DNA from: a virus | Taxonomy: Duplodnaviria > Caudoviricetes | Length of the DNA: 30,114 bases | Direction: 5' to 3' (one strand) | IMG/VR virus record: IMGVR_UViG_3300044723_007681 | Span: 1-30,114 of that record | Shown: piece after piece, positions 25,397 to 30,114 of the stretch | Layout: each line of letters starts with the position of its first letter | How positions within the stretch are numbered: position 1 is the stretch's first letter | Notes under the pieces: generated by a model | Databases searched by the model: none | Told to the model about the DNA's origin: nothing | What the model saw: the letters and a program-made list of their open reading frames with translations, nothing else | Made by a program: the position numbers and the translations under genes

Positions 25397-25404
25397 TATT
25401 TATA
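25397..25404 (-). promoter_or_regulatory. T4-type late promoter (TATAAATA)
   Basis: Exact consensus in an intergenic gap about 30 nt upstream of ATG 25367. Confidence 0.8.
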
Positions 25405-25406
25405 AT

Positions 25407-25625
25407 TTATTTCCACTCCAGTTTATTCTCCATAGCAAATATTGCAGCCTCAATCCACTCTTTATCATCTGGACTGACGATTGGCCACATCTTTTGTATC
25501 CAAGCAAGTTGGTCTTTTATTGTCTCGTTGTATTTATCCTCCAAGTGGTGTCCTTTGATAAAATGATTTTCGATTTCCATCATCTTATCATTAAGAACTT
25601 GACGTAATGAAACTTTTTCAGTCAC
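25407..25625 (-). CDS. Small hypothetical (early) protein
   Basis: 72 aa, GTG start overlapping the upstream stop. Confidence 0.65.
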   Translation of the reverse strand: MTEKVSLRQVLNDKMMEIENHFIKGHHLEDKYNETIKDQLAWIQKMWPIVSPDDKEWIEAAIFAMENKLEWK

Positions 25626-25840
25626 ACCCCTAACACCCTTGTTGCTTTATCAAATCCTTTACTTGGCTTGTAACTATCTCTAAGATAACTTACAATCTGC
25701 TCGAAATAAAATGCACTATCTGGTTCATCTTCAAGTGCATATTGGCATTCTTGCATAAAATTAATTAGGTTTCTAATGTTAATGGTTTCAGGACCATCAA
25801 AGGCAGAAGCCCTATGTGTCTTACCAGGTCGTTGATGCAT
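25622..25840 (-). CDS. Small hypothetical (early) protein
   Basis: Likely start MHQRPGK at 25840, preceded by GGAGG. Confidence 0.7.
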   Translation of the reverse strand: MHQRPGKTHRASAFDGPETINIRNLINFMQECQYALEDEPDSAFYFEQIVSYLRDSYKPSKGFDKATRVLGV

Positions 25841-26057
25841 TGTGAATTGCCTCCAGATTAAGTTTAGCATCCTTTATAGTATAGCACCTAAACGACTTGT
25901 GGTCAAGGTATTGAGCGACATATTTTTTAGTCCCACGGAGTTCAGAGGGAGCTACTGTAGCTACTCTTTCTTCTTCCATGGCTCTGTTGAAAGCATAACC
26001 TTCATAGAAGGTCCAACCATTTTCATGTCTTTGTCTTATCCACCTTATGTGACTCAT
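25821..26057 (-). CDS. Small hypothetical (early) protein
   Basis: 78 aa, ATGA-coupled to the upstream gene, GGAG SD. Confidence 0.65.
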   Translation of the reverse strand: MSHIRWIRQRHENGWTFYEGYAFNRAMEEERVATVAPSELRGTKKYVAQYLDHKSFRCYTIKDAKLNLEAIHNASTTW

Positions 26058-26251
26058 AGTATCTCCATATTAAATATGTTTGTATCATTTTCATTAACGG
26101 CTAATCTCAAGGCATTATATTTTGAGAATTTAGAATCACCAGATTGTTTGTATGATTCCATAAAGTAATACACATAAGCCTCAATAACATTTTGTTTTTT
26201 TGCTTGTCGCCAGCCATCAAGAAAATCTTGTGATTGAGGATAAAAGTCCAT
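26054..26251 (-). CDS. Small hypothetical (early) protein
   Basis: 65 aa with an AGGAG SD; first gene after the consensus sigma70 promoter. Confidence 0.7.
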   Translation of the reverse strand: MDFYPQSQDFLDGWRQAKKQNVIEAYVYYFMESYKQSGDSKFSKYNALRLAVNENDTNIFNMEIL

Positions 26252-26277
26252 TTTTCACTCCTAGCCGAGTAATGTGT

Positions 26278-26306
26278 ATTATAAATAAGTTTGTAGAATA
26301 AGTCAA
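26278..26306 (-). promoter_or_regulatory. Strong sigma70-type early promoter
   Basis: TTGACT (26306-26301), 17 nt spacer, TATAAT (26283-26278). Confidence 0.85.
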
Positions 26307-26360
26307 CACTAACATGAGTTTTTAATGACTGCAACCACAACCCTAACCCTTCACCCCAGT

Positions 26361-26397
26361 AAAAAGGCCTGATATCTTGATTGATACCAGGCCTTTT
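26361..26397. terminator. Bidirectional intrinsic terminator
   Basis: aaaaaggcctg-atatc-ttgatt-gata-c-caggcctttt inverted repeat with T runs available on both strands; downstream of the gp43-uvsX-gp41 operon. Confidence 0.8.
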
Positions 26398-26500
26398 ATC
26401 TTTTGCACAGAGATATGGATAGGACGAACCCCACGTTTATTCCTATCAATTCCGAGAGTCTATTGACACTTGCCGCTAGAGAAGTCCCCCAACTACTCTA
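26398..26500 (-). ncRNA. Putative structured RNA element (two hairpins with G-rich loops)
   Basis: Minus strand UAGAGuAGU-UGGGGG-ACUuCUCUA (26500-26477) and GAUAGGA-AUAAACGUGGGGUUCG-UCCUAUC (26447-26418). No ORF here. Confidence 0.4.
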
Positions 26501-26713
26501 ACATACCTCGGCATCTTTATTTATAAGTTTAACCGGTGGAGTGATAAAAAAAGTTGGTGTTGCACCGTCAAAACCTCCACCTAAGTTAAGGTGTGAGGAA
26601 AGTCTGTAAGCGACATCTTTGTTTGAACTTTGTGCAACGATATAGTGTACATTGTCGATAATTTCAACAATATTATAGCTACTTCCAGATTTTTTTACCT
26701 TATACGAAGTCAT
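26498..26713 (-). CDS. Conserved small hypothetical protein downstream of the helicase
   Basis: 71 aa with an LNLGGGFDGATPTFF motif; overlaps the gp41 3' end. Confidence 0.75.
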   Translation of the reverse strand: MTSYKVKKSGSSYNIVEIIDNVHYIVAQSSNKDVAYRLSSHLNLGGGFDGATPTFFITPPVKLINKDAEVC

Positions 26714-28067
26714 TAAATGCTTCCTTTATGTTTCGGTTATGAACTTCAGAGTTATCAAAAACAGCTGCTTCATCCAACACATCATCTTGCGCAGACTGTT
26801 CCACATTATACAATGTCATCTTGGCTCTGTCAACACCAACAATAAACCTACGATTGAAACTCGGATCAGAGTATCTATTCTTCAGCTGCTTGACAAGAAT
26901 CTGGTTTAAGTCTTGGAGTTCTTCGGTGCTAATAATTGCAAACATAAAGTCAGCAGTCGCCGGCAAACCAAAGCTCTCCGAGGTGTCTTCAAGCCCCAGA
27001 TCAGTAGACGTGTAACCCGATCTTGTGGTTTGTGTAGCAGAGACGACTGGCACGTTGAATTCCACAGCGAGGCCTCGTAACTCTTCTGCAATCGCTTTAA
27101 TGTACGTATACGAATTGACTCCTGCTCCATATTTCATCCTCGAGCTCATCATGATATTAAGATAATCTACATATATGATGTCTGGGACGAACGACTTTTT
27201 AATCTTTAGTTCATTGAGTAGATATCTCAAATGGTTTACATTAGCACCTGTTGTAGGATATTCTTTAATAACTATCTTACCTAGATAGTTATTTTTTAAT
27301 CTCGTTATCTTTTTTTCATAAACTTCTTTTGAAAGTTCATGAACTTCATCAATAGTCAGACCCATAAGATTAGCGTCAATACGTTCTGCTATCTTTTCTT
27401 CTGCCATCTCTAATGTAACATAAAGAACATTCTTATTATCTCTTAGATTTCCTGCAGCGCAGTGGCACATGAACATGCTTTTACCGACACCAGTACCTGC
27501 AAGGACTACGTTAAGTGTTTTCTTTGATAATCCGCCCTTAGTTACATCATTGAGCAAATCAATATCAAATGGTAATTTAATTTCTTTCTGATGGTAGAAT
27601 TCCCATCTATCTTCAGCATCCTCTATGAAGTCATGACCAACGTGTGGATCAAAACTAACGGCAAGAGCATCAGTAAGGATTCCAGGTAATGCACCCCTAG
27701 ACTTGCTACTCTTACCATCGATAACACTAATAGATTCCATAATAGCATTGTAGATTGCCTTATCTTTACAAAAGGTCTCAGTTTGGTCTAGTAACCACTC
27801 AAAAGTCTCCCTGGTTGGTTGTAAACTTGACAAAAGTTCCCCAACCGCTTTGTATTGATCTTCTGTGTAATTACCATTGTTGCCCGCATCTAATCTTAGA
27901 GCATCGATGCTCGGGCAAGCATTATATTTTGTGAAGTGTTGTTCGATAGATTCAAAGATAGAACGATCAATATAATCTTGAAAATACTCCTTCTTTATAT
28001 ACGGTAGAACTTTCCTTACGTATTCTTCATTGTGAATCAGATTCGTCAGAATCGTCTGCTCTATCAA
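26700..28067 (-). CDS. gp41: Replicative DnaB-like helicase (T4 gp41)
   Basis: Walker A AGTGVGKS, TLEMAE, VDYLN, SATQTTR, SESFGLPATAD, KNRY. Confidence 0.96.
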   Translation of the reverse strand: MIEQTILTNLIHNEEYVRKVLPYIKKEYFQDYIDRSIFESIEQHFTKYNACPSIDALRLDAGNNGNYTEDQYKAVGELLSSLQPTRETFEWLLDQTETFCKDKAIYNAIMESISVIDGKSSKSRGALPGILTDALAVSFDPHVGHDFIEDAEDRWEFYHQKEIKLPFDIDLLNDVTKGGLSKKTLNVVLAGTGVGKSMFMCHCAAGNLRDNKNVLYVTLEMAEEKIAERIDANLMGLTIDEVHELSKEVYEKKITRLKNNYLGKIVIKEYPTTGANVNHLRYLLNELKIKKSFVPDIIYVDYLNIMMSSRMKYGAGVNSYTYIKAIAEELRGLAVEFNVPVVSATQTTRSGYTSTDLGLEDTSESFGLPATADFMFAIISTEELQDLNQILVKQLKNRYSDPSFNRRFIVGVDRAKMTLYNVEQSAQDDVLDEAAVFDNSEVHNRNIKEAFNDFV

Positions 28068-29088
28068 CTTCTACTCCTCCATACCTATACTTGTCATTAC
28101 ATAACTTCTCAATTGATTCCATCACTTCACTAGTGAAGTACTTCTCCGGATCTTTATAAATGGCTTTTGGATAAACTTTTTGATCATCGTGTGTCACAAC
28201 ACGATTTGCTGATGTTGTCCATACACCAGACTCAAGTGCTAGATCAATCAGTCCATAATATCTATCCAAACCAGTATCATAGTTAAGCAGACATTCAACT
28301 TCTTTGTTCTCCTTACTTAACCGTGACTTGAACATTTTTACTTTAATAATGTTACCAACGATGTCTTTACCATCTCGTTCTTTTTTCTTACCAAGAAAGG
28401 CAATAGTTGAAGCTGCATACTTTAGACCACTACCGCCACCCATCTCCTTCATTGGAATATAAGAACCAATGACTTCATATACATGGTTAGTAACGAGCAT
28501 AGGAACTTTAATCTTTGCTAGTTTAAGAGTCAGTACTCTGAATGCGCCTTTAATTAACTGAGACTTCGTCATGTCTCGGGTGTCGTTGCCAGCTGCACTA
28601 TCAGCTAGCTCTTTCTCAGACGAAAGAAGACCCAGCGAATCAAGCACCATCATCATTGGTGGCCTATCATTCTCAGGCGTTTTCTCATAATTCTCGATTA
28701 CTTTCAATGCATGTGTTCTAAACTTCTGAATAGTATCTGGCTCAGCAATAATAACTCGACGTGTATCAATACCTCGAGCCTCCATCATGTCCTTTGTTAC
28801 AGCAGCCTCTGTATCATAGTATACAACACCTGCATCTGGATTGTCATTTAGAAATTGAGTAACAACACCAAGAACAAAAAACGTTTTGCCAGTAGCAGAC
28901 TCGCCGGCAAATGCTGTTACTTTATTATTAGGTACACCACCATACACACTGCCAGATAATACAGCATTGAGAACATAAGAACCTGTATCAATTGTTCCAG
29001 TATATTCACCCGAGCTAAGTCCATCTGCTGCAATGGATGTATCTTCATCCTTGATGTCCTCAGCTAAATTACGAAAAAAGTCACTCAT
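28027..29088 (-). CDS. uvsX: RecA-like recombinase UvsX
   Basis: GESATGKT Walker A, YYDTE, LDSLG, GGGSGLKYAAS, KSR. Confidence 0.95.
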   Translation of the reverse strand: MSDFFRNLAEDIKDEDTSIAADGLSSGEYTGTIDTGSYVLNAVLSGSVYGGVPNNKVTAFAGESATGKTFFVLGVVTQFLNDNPDAGVVYYDTEAAVTKDMMEARGIDTRRVIIAEPDTIQKFRTHALKVIENYEKTPENDRPPMMMVLDSLGLLSSEKELADSAAGNDTRDMTKSQLIKGAFRVLTLKLAKIKVPMLVTNHVYEVIGSYIPMKEMGGGSGLKYAASTIAFLGKKKERDGKDIVGNIIKVKMFKSRLSKENKEVECLLNYDTGLDRYYGLIDLALESGVWTTSANRVVTHDDQKVYPKAIYKDPEKYFTSEVMESIEKLCNDKYRYGGVEVDRADDSDESDSQ

Positions 29089-29354
29089 CCTGTATAAATC
29101 TCCGTTAATTTGTCACGAAATTCTTCAACCTTATCATTGCGATTAGGCCAATAGATATATTCTTTTGTTGGGTTCTTTTGTAAATTATTAAGAAGCGGCA
29201 TAATCATATTGTATAGTGTATCACATTTGTCTTGTAAAGACAACGCTGTTGCAGTTGCTTGTGTTGCTTCTTCTTTGGTTGTTTGAACGGCATCAAGCTC
29301 ATCAGCATCCATTGCTGTAAAGCCAAAATCAAAATCAAAACTTTTATTTACCAT
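29085..29354 (-). CDS. Conserved hypothetical protein between gp43 and uvsX
   Basis: Likely start MVNKSFDFDFGF at 29354, overlapping the gp43 stop; PLLNNL..NP.KEYIYWPNR motif. Confidence 0.8.
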   Translation of the reverse strand: MVNKSFDFDFGFTAMDADELDAVQTTKEEATQATATALSLQDKCDTLYNMIMPLLNNLQKNPTKEYIYWPNRNDKVEEFRDKLTEIYTG

Positions 29355-30112
29355 CAGAAAAAATCCTCCAGTGTTGCACCACCACGTTCCAGTCTCCATT
29401 GGATTGTTTCAGCAATCGTTCTCATTGGTTCCAAAAAGCTCTTTTCAAATTGCATCTGGTAGTCTATGTATGGATGGATATCCAATTGTCTCGGTAAACT
29501 ATTAACAGCAGCAATTACATTTTCTCTAGCTGGGTTTGGTAGTGTTAAATAGCAGAACTTAATTTTATCACCTTCAAATACAGGATTGTACTTCGAAAGT
29601 AAATTCTTCTCTACTAATAAGTGATTAAAAACTAAAGCTCCACGTACGTGAATCGGTGTACCTTTACCATAAATTGTATCAGTACTTTTATATTTATTTA
29701 ATCCTCGGACTCCCCGAGGAAAGGCAACATCTTCAAATTGTAAATTCTTAAATTCATTACGAAAATCTTCAACGAAATCTATCAGAGACTTCTCATCCTT
29801 TTCCATAATTAGTTTAATAGCTTCTTTCATCTTTGATCGACAAATTGCAGGTACAGATGAACGTTGAGTCTCAAGACCTTGTATCTTTAATTGTGGTTCT
29901 GAAAACCTAACACTCTCCATTGAATGAACATGAAGAGCATATCGTTTCTTTGCTGTCCACATACCTTTGTCAGCAATTGCTTCACGTTTCATTACCATTT
30001 TTTGTTCGTAGGCATTGACCATCTTAGCAAGGTTTGTAAAAGTTTTATCAATAAACGGTTCAAATCCCTCTCTAGCCGCCACATCAAGCCAGGACACAAT
30101 ATCCCCCTGTGT
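29354..30112 (-). CDS. gp43: Family B DNA polymerase (T4 gp43), C-terminal part, truncated by the window edge
   Basis: MKREAIAD, WTAKKRYAL, KIQGLETQRSS, GTPIHVRG, GDKIKF and IDY..QFEK; ends TLEDFF (clamp-binding tail). Frame stays open to the edge. Confidence 0.95.
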   Translation of the reverse strand, partial: TQGDIVSWLDVAAREGFEPFIDKTFTNLAKMVNAYEQKMVMKREAIADKGMWTAKKRYALHVHSMESVRFSEPQLKIQGLETQRSSVPAICRSKMKEAIKLIMEKDEKSLIDFVEDFRNEFKNLQFEDVAFPRGVRGLNKYKSTDTIYGKGTPIHVRGALVFNHLLVEKNLLSKYNPVFEGDKIKFCYLTLPNPARENVIAAVNSLPRQLDIHPYIDYQMQFEKSFLEPMRTIAETIQWRLERGGATLEDFF

Positions 30113-30114
30113 AA

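Noticed and set aside
26107-26340. 77 aa minus-strand ORF
   Set aside because: It spans the early promoter and overlaps the 65 aa gene, which has a proper SD.
26330-26500. Possible tRNA in the intergenic region
   Set aside because: A GTTCG is present, but I could not build a cloverleaf or acceptor stem; kept only as a generic structured RNA candidate.
2368-27130. Short alternative-frame minus-strand ORFs nested in larger genes (2368, 9138, 12260, 17715, 20168, 26906)
   Set aside because: They have no motifs or convincing translation signals and are expected by chance within long genes.
682-29462. The many plus-strand ORFs of 60-123 aa in the ORF track
   Set aside because: Nearly all lie antisense to well-supported minus-strand genes and lack recognisable motifs; treated as shadow ORFs.
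29354-30097. Split DNA polymerase (stand-alone 247 aa C-terminal subunit)
   Set aside because: The frame is open to the window edge, so the short ORF is explained by truncation; a split further upstream cannot be assessed.
1-30114. Stop-codon reassignment or alternative genetic code
   Set aside because: The standard code gives full-length core genes with dense tiling, and TAA, TAG and TGA all terminate genes at expected positions.

Overview
This is a 30 kb segment of an AT-rich, T4-like myovirus, probably marine or aquatic, infecting a Gram-negative host (inferred from a spanin pair, sigma70-type promoters and TATAAATA late promoters). Almost all genes lie on the minus strand. In transcription order (right to left) the window holds: (1) the replication core (gp43 C-terminus, uvsX, gp41); (2) a structured intergenic region with a terminator and a consensus early promoter driving small early ORFs; (3) a late block with two very large modular proteins, one of 1255 aa (HIGH-type nucleotidyltransferase, basic modules and a KxDG ligase-like domain, with both enzyme domains about 12% His) and one of 767 aa, which look like prohead-protease-processed capsid cargo polyproteins; (4) beta-rich virion proteins; (5) a tightly coupled envelope and lysis run (secreted Cys-rich protein, large anchored protein, small TM proteins, i-spanin/o-spanin, class 3 lipase, 11-mer amphipathic repeat protein); (6) primase, thyX, nrdA, nrdB, dCMP deaminase, a Zn-ribbon ORF, a RuvC-like resolvase and a half-size Na/Pi cotransporter. 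Three divergent 2OG-Fe(II)-like oxygenases are scattered through the window. All calls come from motif recognition by eye; no database searches were run.
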